Below, in pieces: positions 11,761 through 24,800 of a stretch of DNA of 64,000 bases (its first letter is position 1; every line of letters starts with the position of its first letter). This DNA is from Utricularia gibba (taxonomy: Eukaryota; Plantae; Magnoliophyta): assembly GCA_002189035.1 (NCBI GenBank), contig NEEC01000009.1, forward strand, positions 62,001 through 126,000, in the 5' to 3' direction. The position numbers and the translations under genes were made by a program. Below the pieces are notes generated by a model that made no database searches, was not told the DNA's origin, and was given only the letters and a program-made list of their open reading frames with translations.

Positions 11761-12283
11761 TCATCCCAACCAAGTATTCGGTCAATACTGCCATGGCCGC
11801 ACTCAAGATGACATGGCCTTCCATGAAAAAATCCATGTCCCCTCAACAGTAGCAAAAATCGAGCAAAATAAATCCACACATACAGCACCACTGATTCTGA
11901 AATTGGAAAATCACAGATGAAAACCCTTGCAGTGTTGTCGTGGACCAACCCACCAAGAACAGAAAACACACTTACTAGAAGACCCACTTTTGCACCCAAA
12001 GAACACACAACGCCGCCAGCAAATCACGAACAAAGTGTCTGGTTTGTAGATCTGCGTTAAAAGTTGGATTACATGAGGGTAAAATTGCATGCGACGAGCC
12101 TTGTTTAGCTAAACCGACCCCCTCCCCCCCTGGGTTTAGCTAAACCCAATTCTACGGGTTCCGGCCCGGTTTATAGGCAACAGGCAGGTTTATTTTTATC
12201 CACCTGAAACCCACATACCAAACATGGTTTTTTCTCTAAACCCATGTCGAAACCCACCCTAAACCACCCAACCAAACGCGCGC

Positions 12284-14420
12284 ATAGTATTTATGGGGAG
12301 ATCCTTGAGAGAAGACTCTTTGGAGCTGGGGAGGGGACTTCATCTCTCTGTCTCTACATGCTATCTATCTTCAACATCGTATTTGATTCTACAATAATGT
12401 GTGGATCGTTTTTTTATATCGGCTAATTCAATTCTAACCAATTTTATTGGCATGTTGAACATCTCTTGCGTTTTCAAGTAGCCAAAGTTTGTGTCTTCTG
12501 ATTATGATCACTGTCAACATGTACAGATTGATCATTATAGAGTGATATCAGAGCAAGGTTAATATTGCCACTAACTTCAATGGTTCCATGATTAAACTCC
12601 CAAAAGCAATTATATTAAATGGAAAACTAAGATGAAAGCCATGTTGATTTGCAAGGGTTTGTGCAATCCTCTAGTTTATGGTGAATCTCTCTCTAAGTCT
12701 AAAGATTGAGAAAAACCACATGGTCATATTTTAGTGGAAAAGCCTTGCATTAAGAGGCTATGGTGACTATGCTTCTTTATATTGATCATAGCCTCACACT
12801 TAGTTGATTATATTGAAGATGCATCCCTTCTATGGAAATGTTGGCTCACAAGTTTCAATCAAATACTTTTCAAAACAAAGATGATGTTGCATAGGAGAAT
12901 GGTGAGCTTGCAGCACAAGGACATTGAAAGCATGTCTAAATATCGAAGCAAATTTGCAGAAATTACTATGCTCCTGTCTACAGAAAAAGTTGTGGTAGAT
13001 GAAAAGACTTAGGTGTTTCAATTATGGGATTCCCTTGTAATGAACACCCTACCTAATAGTTGGGAAACTCTTGTGATAACCTTATCAATTATACTTCAAA
13101 TTGGAAACTAAGTTTACAAACTGTAATGAATGCCCTTAGTAATGAGACATCATCAAACAATCTCATGAAAGAAGTGGCATAGGAAGAATTAGTGGTTATA
13201 AGGAGACTCCTTTAGGGAGAAGACTAATGAGAAAAGGATCAACAAACTCAAGACAAACTATTACTTTGTTGAAACTAGATCCTATTCCTTCTACAAGAAA
13301 GGGGGTACCTCAAGAATGATTGCATGAAGTAAACAAAAAAAACCTTGAGGTTGAGAAGGATTGAAGAAGCAATGACAAGAGCAGTGAATAGGGCCAGTTT
13401 AGCCGGCATGACAATGGAGTAAATATTATTCTTTGAAGTAACCACTGATGCAAAATCTAAGACAATAGAGGGCTTGAGTGCATGGTAGACTATGCTACTT
13501 CATTCCATGCCACACCCAACAAGACTCTCTTCAACTTTTATGAGACTGGAAATTTTTAGAACATAAAAAAGGGAAACACTAATGTATATCCCATTTTTTA
13601 TAATGTAATTGTGAATATCAACATTGAACAATGATTTAATCTTCAACTACTTGGGGTCAGATATATACCCAATCCCAAATTACCGGCAATAAACTCTCTT
13701 GATCAAGAAGGTTAATCAATAGCTTTAGTAAAGGTCAATGGAAGTTCATAAAAGAATTCATGGTGGTGATCAATTGAAAAACACTATATATAAAATGTTC
13801 ATATAACCAAGATACCTTAGGTAAATATTATAATAAATTAGGGAGCTGATCATGCATTTTGGCATAAGAGATTGGGGCACGTAGCTGCAAAAGTATACTA
13901 AAACTCTCTGAGAAAAAGTCGATAAACAAGTGCTCGACCAAGCACTCATGTAAGCTGTGAGGATTGTATTCATAACAAGCAACATTGAGCAACATTCAAA
14001 GGAAAAGAATGAAAGGAGTTTCACCCCTAGATAGATTATACTCTAATGTGTGCAGTGCTGCTTCTATAGAAGGTGGGAAAATTGTGTTTGTCTAATTCAT
14101 TGACAAAGCTACATGCAACGGTTGAGTATTTATAGCATAAACATGAGGCATTCCAATGCTTCAAGGTATTACAAAAGCTACTAGAAATTGAATCGGGGAG
14201 GAAACTCAAGGTTATTTGCTCTGACAATGGAGATGAATATTGTTCGAATAAGAGAACAATAATGTAGGGATGAAGAGGTTAGGAGAGTGATGACTACACC
14301 AAGAAACCTATAACACAATGCCATTGATGAGAGGTTTAATCATACCATTATGGATAATAATGTTCTATGCATGCATTTTCCTGATCTATTTTGGGGATAA
14401 TTGATGAATGGAAAACTTTA
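12284..14420 (+). mobile_element. Highly degenerate Copia element (partial LTR, PBS-like site, gag, integrase)
   Basis: TGATATCAGAGC at about 12543 (one mismatch to the iMet PBS); NYIKWKTKMKAMLICKGL gag remnant at about 12610; FKVLQKLLEIESGRKLKVICSDNGDEYCS integrase remnant at about 14160-14250. Confidence 0.7.
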
Positions 14421-15077
14421 TAGATATTGCAAGTATAAAGATTTTCCCCATCAAAAATAATTTGAAAACTGAACAAACAAATTACATTTCATTCACAAAG
14501 AAATTAATGTAGTAACAATAAGTTTAAATCGATCCATAGAGAGAAAATGGTTTTTAATTGTTGTTGGTCTTATGTGTAAGCTAGATAAATGGGGTTTTTT
14601 GGAAGTAGATTTTTACTCTAACTTTAATCGATAGAAGACTTCTTTTGGTTTTTAAACTAAAAGCAGATAACATAGTACGTAAATCAAATGATAAAAGCAT
14701 TTGAAGATGTTGAACATTAAAACACAAAACGAAAATAGTATGCACATTCACGAAATAAAACGCAAGAAATCAGATTTGTGAGAAAAATAGTGTTTGTTCA
14801 ATTCTTCAGTTTTGGCGTTCTCTCTGTCTTCTTCTTAAATTGCAAGTTCCCAAGCATCCTTGTCTTTTGTTCAGGTCTTAGATGTACTTCTGACATCAGA
14901 TATTAGTTCTAGTGTCATGCTGCAACACCTCTTGCTTTATCTTTTCTTCTACTTCAATCATCAAAATGCTCTATGCAAGGAAAACCTCTATGCAACATAA
15001 GAATCCTCCCCAAAACCAAAGATATTTTTGGGCCGAAAAAAAGGTTTCTAGTTTTTTGAAATATTTTGGAGAGAAAG

Positions 15078-15648
15078 TGATGAGATCATGGATGCTACTG
15101 ATTATTCCAATGAAGACAAAGGATACAAGATCAATAATTCTCCATTGATTTCAGTTGGGCCAATCACTAGATCAAGAGCAAGAAGGAATCAAGAAGTGCT
15201 TAAGAGCTTATGGGCCAATCACCCAAGCTATGAGGTGTTTGGGATGGAATTCAACATTATCAAAGTGGATCAACTTGATTAGAGAAGGCCCATTACGACC
15301 AAATACATTATTATGACTACTTTACCTCCAATAAGGCCCAATCCTTCAGCTATATAAGAAGGGTCTTACTTTTGTTTTGGACAACTTTGATTGTAATCAC
15401 TTTTGAGATCAAATTCTCCTTCCTTGAGTTCTTGTAGAACTTAGACTTATCAAGTCTTGCTTGTGGTGTCTAGTGTGTGGTTTATCACTCCCAATTCCTT
15501 CCTTAATTCTATGAGTGTGGTACCATTTCATAGTTTGGGTTGCAAGGATCTTCCAATCCTTGAGGGCCAACTTCTTTTTCTTGAGAAATTGATTCTTTTC
15601 AACCAAAATCTGGTTTGCCAATCACTTGTTAATTGGAGGGTCGTATCA
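15078..15648 (+). repeat. Solo LTR of a second CRM subfamily (571 bp)
   Basis: TGATGAG...GAGGGTCGTATCA termini; flanks GAAAG/GAAAA (TSD with one mismatch); encodes CR motif GPITRSRARR (ORF 15088-15282). Confidence 0.8.
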
Positions 15649-16746
15649 GAAAAAAATTATATAGGTAACAGATCTTTTTCTCTCTTTACTCACACTAGTC
15701 TCATACGCCAACCGTAGTTAGTTGTGTCCATTGTAACCTTCTTACCTGCTTTTCCGCCATCTTTTGTTATCCTTCCTCCGCACTCACACATGTAATCCCC
15801 ATTTTAGCTTTGTACTTATAATAACTTTACAGACTAATCAGATTATGCAGCCCAACCCCAAATAGCCCGGATGTATATGGGATTGAATGAACAATAAAAT
15901 CACCCTACACTTGGACTAATAGAAAAATGGATCAAATCACTTTTTTACTAAAATTAATTTAACGAATATATGTTTTGACTTTTTCTCTATTCTAATTCAT
16001 ATAATCCTAATGCTATAACACTAGAATTGACTCAAATATGTTGAAATATGATGCAACATCAATAATCTTTCTTGAAAATCAATTATCAAACTCTGATTTG
16101 ATGAATAGTATTGTTTGTCACTTCTATTTTCTTTTTATTTCTATAAATGTGGTATCATTTAAAAAGATAATGTTATAAGGATATTGATTTCTTGAGTACT
16201 TTGTTTCTCAAATGCGAAGTTGTTTCATTTGAAGCCAATAAATTGAATTTCCAAACACTTGGGTTTGGAAGACACTACTCCCACATGAAATGATGCAACA
16301 TACAATAAGATTCGAGAGGGTGTTCTAGGTAAAGCTCAAACCCAATTGTTCAATGGCTATATTAGTTGCAATTTCTCCATTGCTAACAATTAATGGAGAA
16401 ACTTAGGATTTAGAACAATCATCATCTTTTTCTATTTATTTTTTTTATTGTAAACATTCAATGTATGGAAAATTCAATAAAGTTGCTATTTCGTCAAAGC
16501 TTTGTTGGTCGAACGATATTCTTATCCGCGAAACTCTTTAGCGAGTTTGTTGTCTGTTGACTTTGTTTACGTCTCGAGCTGGAACGAATTCAGAAAAACC
16601 GTGTAATAAACCTGCGGAGAAGACTTTGAATTTCTGGGCTTGCTTCAAATTACAAGTAATCTTGCAGCTCAAGTTCGTTGACTTCCTCATTTCTTTAAAT
16701 CTGTTTGGGGTTTCGAGCCCGTGGATGAACATAACAAGTTTTGACC

Positions 16747-19352
16747 ATGGATCACAGGAATCATTCAACGGTACAACTGAAAGAGGCTGCGGATCTGACT
16801 CTGGAAATCACCAATCCTACTGGAGAAGATAGCAGCAGTGGCACCAATCGCAGACAAACCGTCTTCGCTCCACAAAAGTCCGGAAAAAGAGGCAAAGCGA
16901 AGCCAGCAGTTGATGCCAAGGCGACCGTAAAAGCTCCGGAGAAGAGCCTGACGCTGTTCGCTCTCCGTCTCGCGGTTCTGGAGAAAGCTGCTACGAATAT
17001 AGGAACTCTGGGGTTCATCTGGGCTACGGTTGTTTTACTTGGAGGCTTCGCGGTCACGCTCAGACAATCCGACTTCTGGTTCGTCACGGTGATCTTGTTG
17101 ATTGAAGGGACGAGGATTTTTGGGAGAAGCCATGAGCTGGAATGGCAGCATCAGAGTACATGGTCGTTGACTGATGTTGGGATCAATAGTTTTAAGGCCC
17201 TGAAGTCGAGCTCTGATTTTATTGTCAGAAAAATCAAGGCTTTATTCTCCAATGCAATACAGGAGCGGGGAATTGAAATCGGAAAAACTGTACGCAAGAA
17301 GGCTTCTGTTGCTGGAAATGATTCAAGAAAAGAAAGCTTCGGAAACGAGTCATCGAGAACATGGGAAAGCTCTGAGGTTCCTGTTTTTCCAGTGCTGCAG
17401 GGGATCTTTCTTTCAAAGAATATCAGTAAATTTCTCTACTGGCTTCAACTAGCTTCTGCCGCGGCGTGTGTCGGTCTTTCGATGTGCAAGCTTGTCCGAA
17501 GGGATTTCGGGGTGATTGAAGAGGGAAACAGAAACAGAAACCGATCTCTCATCATATTCTACTCGTTAGCTCTAGCAGATGCAGCGTTGTTTCTGCTGGA
17601 GAAAGCCTACGGCGAATGGAAATTCAGAGTGGAGAAGCTGCTGCAAAAGGTCAACGATGAGTGTGAGCTGGGGGAATCGTGTCTACTTGCTACAACAAGG
17701 TTCTTCTACGATTCTTACTCTAAGTGCGTCAACAGCAGCATCTTCGATGGCCTAAAAATGGACATGGTTTCGTTCGCCATAGAACTTATGGAATCAGACT
17801 CACTGGATGAACAGCTCATTGGTGTGAGAATTCTGCGGAAATTCTCTACGAATCCAAAGTTTTCAAATGACACACTTCCGAAGATCGGAGTCCAGCTTCC
17901 CGTCATTGCAAGACTGGTAGAAATGCTCAACTGGAAGAACGACGAAGAAGAGGAGATACGCTACTCAGCCGCTGAAATCTTGGCGAATCTCTGTGAGAGG
18001 AAGAGGAATCCTCTCCGGATTGCTCAGATTCCGGGGTCCTTGGAATCCATCTCCAGCCTGCTGAATGTCAGTCGAAGTAGCACCGGAGACGAGATATCGG
18101 ATAAAAGAATTATGCTGGATGATGGAAGCTATAGTCCCTGGTCATTCCACCATTTGGGTCTTGAAATCTTGCGAAAACTTGCTCGTGATCATGATATATG
18201 TGGAAAGATAGGCAATACAAGAGGGCTCTTGACGAAGATAATCGACTTTATGCAAACGGAGGAGCAGCTTCTTCGGCAGCCAACGGCTCCACCGTCGCAA
18301 ATAGCAACCGTGGAACGATCACTTCAGCTTCTGCAAAGGCTGGCAAGCACCTCTGGTAAAGCGGGTAAGCAGCTGAGGAAAGATATTTCAGAGATAGTGT
18401 TTACAGTTAGCTACATCAGAGATATCCTGAAATATGGAGAAAGATATCCTGATCTTCAGTTGTTGGGAATACAAATTCTGAGTAGCCTGGCTACTGATGA
18501 GGAAGCGACTGAACGAATTGGGGCAACAGGTGGAGTTCTCAGAGTTTTATTCCGTATCTTCTTCAATGACAACGTCCCTGAAAATCCGAAGAACGTAAGG
18601 GAAACTGCAGGGGAAGCTTTAGCAACACTTGCATTGCAGAGCATGAATACATGTCATCGGATTTTGAAGCTGCATCAAAACAAGAAGCTGGTGAATGCAC
18701 TGAATGAGCCATTGCTTCGTGTAAATGCAGCGAGGATCTTGAGGAATTTGTGCTCTTACAGTGGAGATGACAGTTTCCAGCATCTAGAAGGATTAACTGA
18801 TGGTGCTCGAACTGTAAGCATCAGAATCTTTAGTATGTTATTCACTGGACGATATCACCTCACTACATTTTTTTTCAGGTTCTTGAAGCAATCATGAAAG
18901 AAGAGAAAAAAGTGCAGGAGGTGATGTTAGGAGCAGCAGCCCGGTTATTCAAACTCTTGAATAAGCAGGAATCCACAAGACTGTTCGAGAGAGCCAACAT
19001 CACGAAACTCGACCTGGTTCAACATTTGTCAAAAATTCTGAAGAAGTATTGCCATCCTTCGATAAAAGTCCCCGGAATCAGACGATACACCATAGAGCTA
19101 GCGATTTGGTTGATGAAAGGTGACTCCGAAAACACAAGAAGTTTTCGAAGTATTGGATTAGCAAAACGGTTGAAATCTATTTTGGATACAACTTCAGAGC
19201 TGGAGAGCTTCCACATCTTTTCTGGAAGTGTTGGTGTCTATAGGCATCAGATGGAAATACATTCACTGGTACAGGACGCCATGGAGCTGCTGCAACAAGA
19301 AGAAACCAAGCTGGAATCTGATACAAACGAAATGTCTTGTGTACACATTTGA
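16747..19352 (+). CDS. ARM-repeat superfamily protein, BLE2-like, about 846 aa
   Basis: Exons 16747-18813 and 18879-19352 with a phase-0 65-bp GT-AG intron; the frame is open throughout. N-terminal hydrophobic segment LAVLEKAAT..GTLGFIWATVVLLGGF...EGTRIFGRSHELEWQHQ, followed by ARM-like helices. The track start at 16741 is a TTG; the first ATG is 16747. Confidence 0.9.
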
Positions 19353-19688
19353 TTTGAAGGATCTTGTGAAAAATTGATTCTTTTGTAAATCTCTCATTCT
19401 TTATCTTCGTACTTGTTCAGCAACAAGAGTCATGGCTACGTCATTGATTGCAGCACCAACGGGGAACCTGAGATTCTTTTCCTGAACTATATATCTACCT
19501 AAGAATCTTGCTATTTTTTTGTGATTCATATACAGAATTTTGGCATGAAACAGCTGGAGAACAAAAGCACAACGACACACACAAGAAATCCAATGCTTTC
19601 TTTCCAAAGAACGCAACTTTCTTGCTTATAAATATTTCCATCCACATCAAATCACCATCACAGACTCAGCCAACAAAACACTCAACCT

Positions 19689-20407
19689 ATGGCTTCTGGT
19701 GCTGGAAAATCAGCAGCCTTCATGCTGCTAATATTCAATCTGTTCCTCTATTTCATCGTCATCGCAATCGCTTCATGGGCTCTGGACTTCGGGATCGAAA
19801 GATCACACGATACCGGTAGGTGCCGCAAGCTCAATATCTGAAAGGGAGACACTTCTCTTCGATCATCAACTCTTAATGTCTCTGCAGCCTCCGTGTTGTC
19901 ACTGCCAGCCCGCATTTTCCCCATATACTTCCCATTTGGAAACACAGCTACGGGATTCGTGGTCATTTCCTCAATTCTGGCTGGAGTCGTTGGTTTCACA
20001 ACATCCTTAACAGGGATCATGAATGTTGTTCAATGGAATCCTCCAAATCTGCATGCAGCAGCGGCTTCATCCCTTGTTTCTTGGCTACTGACTTTACTAG
20101 CTATGGGGTATCGCATTACATCCCTCTTCAGACATTTTCTGGCTTCTTACACCTACTCACAGACACGTCAAAATTGCAGGTTCGCTTGCAAGGAGATCGA
20201 TCTCGGGTGGCCGGACTCAAACTTGGTAAGAAGGTTCGAAGTTTATTCAAATTAACGAATATTATTCATTATTTTATTCTTAAATTCTTGTAGAGAAGTA
20301 TGGAGATTATCTTGATGTTCCTCAGCGCCACTCAGATGTTAACTGTGGCATCGCTCTTAGCCGCGGTCAGCGACGTTGTTGCTCGGCAAGGCAGAAGAAT
20401 AATATGA
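19689..20407 (+). CDS. AWPM-19/PM19-like membrane protein
   Basis: Exons 19689-19815, 19888-20107, 20180-20225 and 20294-20407 splice in frame: MASGAGKSAAFMLL...ARIFPIYFPFGNTATGF...LAMGFACKEI. Confidence 0.9.
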
Positions 20408-20639
20408 TTACAAATTTGAAATTGTAATTTTAATTTCAAACACTAAAAAAATATTTTTTTTATTTTATTATTTTTTATAATATCAATTTAAATTATCAAC
20501 AAGAAAACACAGTTAGTATGAGAATACCTGCCGTGAAGTTCATACAACAATATACACATAAATAGATATTGAAACTCAATTCAAATGAAAAAGAATAAAA
20601 ATTCAAATTATACATGATGAAATATAAAAATATTATTTA

Positions 20640-21420
20640 AAATACAATTCTACATATTCCTTATACATTTTTTTCATATTCTTCATTATGATTGTATTTG
20701 TTTGCAATTTCACTTTTAATATAAATCAATAAATTATCTATTGTAAAATCATTTTTCATTTTACTAAATAATCTTATTTTGATGATTTTCAAAACTGAAA
20801 ATACACGGTTAACACAAAATGTAAAAACTGGAAGAGTAATAAGCAAGTGCATGAGTTTATCAATCAAATAATGAGTCATGTCTAACACTATTAGTTGCAA
20901 ATTTAATTAATGAATTTATTTTGCTCATTTAGCATCATAGGATATATCTATGTCTAAATCGCACTTTCACCTTTAAAGTCTCTTGACCAATGAAATCTTT
21001 TAAAAAATATTTTAAGTTCACTTGACATATTTCAACTACATAAAAGAATTTAAACAATTATTAAGAATCAATGTAGCTATAAATTTCTAAATTTTGTAGC
21101 TCTTCATTGAGTGCTTGAATTTTGGTGATTCTCTTCATTAGAGGTAACTATGCTCTTTAACTTTCAAATGATTTATATTTAGTAATTTTTTAATAAGAGA
21201 AAATCCATGAAATATGATTTGGTGTATATATTTATTGTGTTGTGTGCATGAGAATGAAGTGCAATGTGGTTCTTTGAAGTATAAGTCATATGGAGAAGCT
21301 ATGGATCTACATTCTTTTATATCAAGAATGCTTGAGGAAACTCCGCATGGAATTATTGTCAACATATGCAATGAGATTGAAAAATTTAGATGAAAAGGAA
21401 AAAAGGGTTGTAACAAAATA
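20640..21420 (-). mobile_element. hAT transposase remnant (C-terminal dimerisation domain)
   Basis: HYLIDKLMHLLITLPVFTFCVNRVFSVLKIIKIRLFSKMKNDF resembles the LVLTLPVSTATTERAFSAMKIIKTRLRNKM consensus. Confidence 0.7.
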
Positions 21421-21802
21421 GAGTTGGTAAAGGTGGCGGCACATTTCTACCAATTTTGTGAGACCAAAACTAAAAGAATTTGTTAGACTTAGTTTCTAAA
21501 GTTTGTAGACTGAGGTTGCTAAGGTTAATGGGGTCAACCATGCACATAGTAATCACTAAAAAATGATAATAAATAATTTAACACATATTTCATGTTGTTA
21601 CTACTATAATATATTTGATCTTAAAAGTTATGAATATCCAAAAAATGATTAGAGAGAATAGAGCATAATTCATTTTTAAGAATCAATATCGTAGTATCAT
21701 CAACATATAGTAAATCAAGATAGCATGCAATCAAATCGAGCCAGTTAGTGAGTTTTTGTGAACAAGTTCAAGTTCAACTTGTTGTTTGACTATATTTGCC
21801 TA

Positions 21803-24800
21803 TGTTGGAACTTGCTTTCACGGTACCTGCTATACAACAAAGCGGTGCTTCTTAGTCTATAACGTGTTGATGAGTTGGACGCAAATCAAAGACACACGAT
21901 GTAACCAGGTAAAACCCCCAAAAGGGAAACCTCCTAAGCTTGGATCACACCAAGCAAATCAAACACTATGTAATCTAATGCAGTACAATATCAAAAACAA
22001 TCACAACAGCCTTTAGACTGTTTACGCGCACACACAATCCTGTAATGTGCTCCTACTGCGTTTTTGGATCACTCCCCACTTATTATCCCCTCACATTGCG
22101 TACCCTATTTTCCTCCACTTCAAAATGTGGGCATGATCCAGCAACGTGGTCTTCCACACTCAGGCACTAACGCTGCCTAGGTGGCACTTCCAGCCTGGAA
22201 AAATAAGTCAACGTGTGCATTCATGCCACTCCTTGTTTCTGTGCAATCACTCCCCCATACTGGAAGTGCTATGATCATTAACTCACTATGCAAAGCCCTG
22301 CCTTCTTCATCAACGTGTGATGCCTAGAAGAGGCTAAGGCCTTAGTCATCATGTCTATCACATTCTCAATGGTACCCACTTTTAATAGATCAACTTCCTT
22401 TTGTTCCACAACTTCTCGAACCCAATGATATTTGATACAACATGTTTGGTTCTTGAGTGATGAACGACATGCTTGCTGAGTGCAATGACACTCTGATTAT
22501 CACAGAATACCTGAACACTTTTATCACTAAAACCAAGCTCTTGCAAAAATTTGCCCAGCCATAATTAATGCCTTTTTGCAGCATCTGAGAGTGCCACATA
22601 TACTGCCTCACTACTCGAGAGTGCCACACATTTTTGCAAGCTAGATAATCAATTGACTCCTTTGCTGATCATGGCAATTACTCCAGTTGTAGACCTTCGT
22701 GTGTCTACATCCCCTTCTAGATCTGAGTCCACAAAAATACATGGAGCATGCATTTCAGACCCATAACATAGGCCAATCTCTATTGTACCTTTTAGGTAAC
22801 GCAACAACCACTTAGCTACTTCCCAATGCAGTTGACCTGGGTTTGACATGAATCTTCTGATTCAACTAATCGAGTATGCTATGCAGGTCGAGTACTCACC
22901 ATGAGATATATCACGGACCCAACAAGAGAGGTGAAAGGCTTGTCATGCATTTGCAATTTTTCTTCATCTCATTTTGGACATTGTTCTGCAAATAACTTCA
23001 CTGTCGAATTCATGGAACAGCCATTGGTTTACAATCTACCATCCCAAACTTCTTTAATATATACTAAATATACCGTGTCTGACTTAAACACAATAATCCT
23101 TGACTCCAATGTCTGATAATATCAATTCTCAGAATTCTTGTTGCTGCTCCTAAATCCCTCATCTCGAATTCTGTTGATAGCTGATTTTTCAACGTGGTTA
23201 TCAACTCCAGGCTTCGACTTGTGATTAACATATCATCCACATACAAAATAAGCAAGACAAAGTCACCTGCGAATTTCTTGAAATATACACACGTATCTGA
23301 TTTTGATTGTGTATACCCAATCTTCATCATATATGAATCAAACCGCAGGTTCCACTCCCTAGGAGCTTGCTTTAATCCATAAATACTTTTCTTAAGCTTG
23401 CATACCAGATGTGCCTGACCAGCTTTGATAAAACCAGGAACTTGCTTCATGAATATTTCTTCTTTCAACTCTCCATGAAGAAAAGCAGTCTCACGTCCAT
23501 TTGATGCAATTCCAAATTCAATTGAGCCACCATTGCTAACACAATGTGAATTGTGGTCAATTTAGCTACTGGTGAGAAGACTTCCCTGTAATCAATTCCC
23601 TCTTTCTGTTGAAATCCTTTAACCACTATCCTTCCTTTGTATCGGGTTGTGCCATCTGGGTTTTTCTTCAGCTTAAAAATCCACTTGTTATCTAATGTTG
23701 TCCGCCCTGATGGTAAAATCGCAAGCTCATACGTATCATTCTTTCAAATGGACAGCATTTCTTCTTTCATAGCAACAAGCCACTTTACCTTGTCCAGAGA
23801 ATCTTGGACTTCTCGTATCGTTTCAGGCTCTCTATTTTCAGTAAGGAGAATGAACTCTTCAAGTGTATACTTGGAGTTTGGAATTGATCCCCTGGCTGAC
23901 CTCCATAGTGGTTCACTAACTACTTATGGGTAAAGAGACGTTGTTCAGCCACTTGGATTGGTTCAACAGCTTGCCCTGAATTTTGAGCATCCATCCCAAG
24001 TCCCATAGACGTGAGATCTACGCTGACTTCATCCGCCGGTTGTACACTACGCTCATCTGAACACTTTTGATCTTCTAGAAAGGTGACATCTCTAGACCAA
24101 AGAACCTTGTTTGCAACCGGATCCTAAAACTTGTATGCCAGTTCAGCATCACCATAACCCAAGAACACACATGGTCAAGAATGTGCATCCAATTTTTTTC
24201 TCTGATGACTCGAGATCAACACCAATGCTTTACAACCAAACACCTTCAGGTATTTTAGATTTACCTCTCTGTTAGCCCATTTCTCTTCTGGAATGCCAAA
24301 CGCAATTGACTTTTAGGACTTCTATTTGACAAATAGCACGTTGAAAGCAGTGCTTCTCCCCAAAACTTGCCAGGTAGTCCAAAACATTTCAGCATACAAC
24401 AAGCCTTGTCAAATAGTGTGCGATTCAGTCTTTCCGCCACTGGATTGTGTTGTGGTGTGCCAGGTTCTGTGGCCACCTTCTTTATGCCCAGATCATGACA
24501 ATATTTCTTAAATTCATCACTGCAATACTCCTCACCATTATCTTTCCACAAGCACTTCAGCTTCATTCTAGATTCTCTCTCAAGCATGAGATGAAACTCC
24601 TTAAAACATTCATATACATCAGACTTTTTTTCACCAAGTACACCCAAGATTTTCGTGTTGCATCATCAGTGAAAGTAAGATAATGTCTCATACCCCTATT
24701 GTTGGTATATTATTAGGGCTGCCGACATCTGAGAACACTACTTCCAGCTTGTTTGTGCTCCTATGCAAACTTGAGCGAAATATTACCCGGTGCTGCTTCA

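Larger units (their letters stand above)
6675..12283. mobile_element. PIF/Harbinger DNA transposon (convergent Myb/SANT ORF and DDE transposase); left end lost
   Basis: ORF1 on + and transposase on - lie tail to tail. A TIR-like end reads GCGCGCGTTTGGTTGGG on the minus strand from about 12283. No matching left TIR is seen. Confidence 0.75.
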
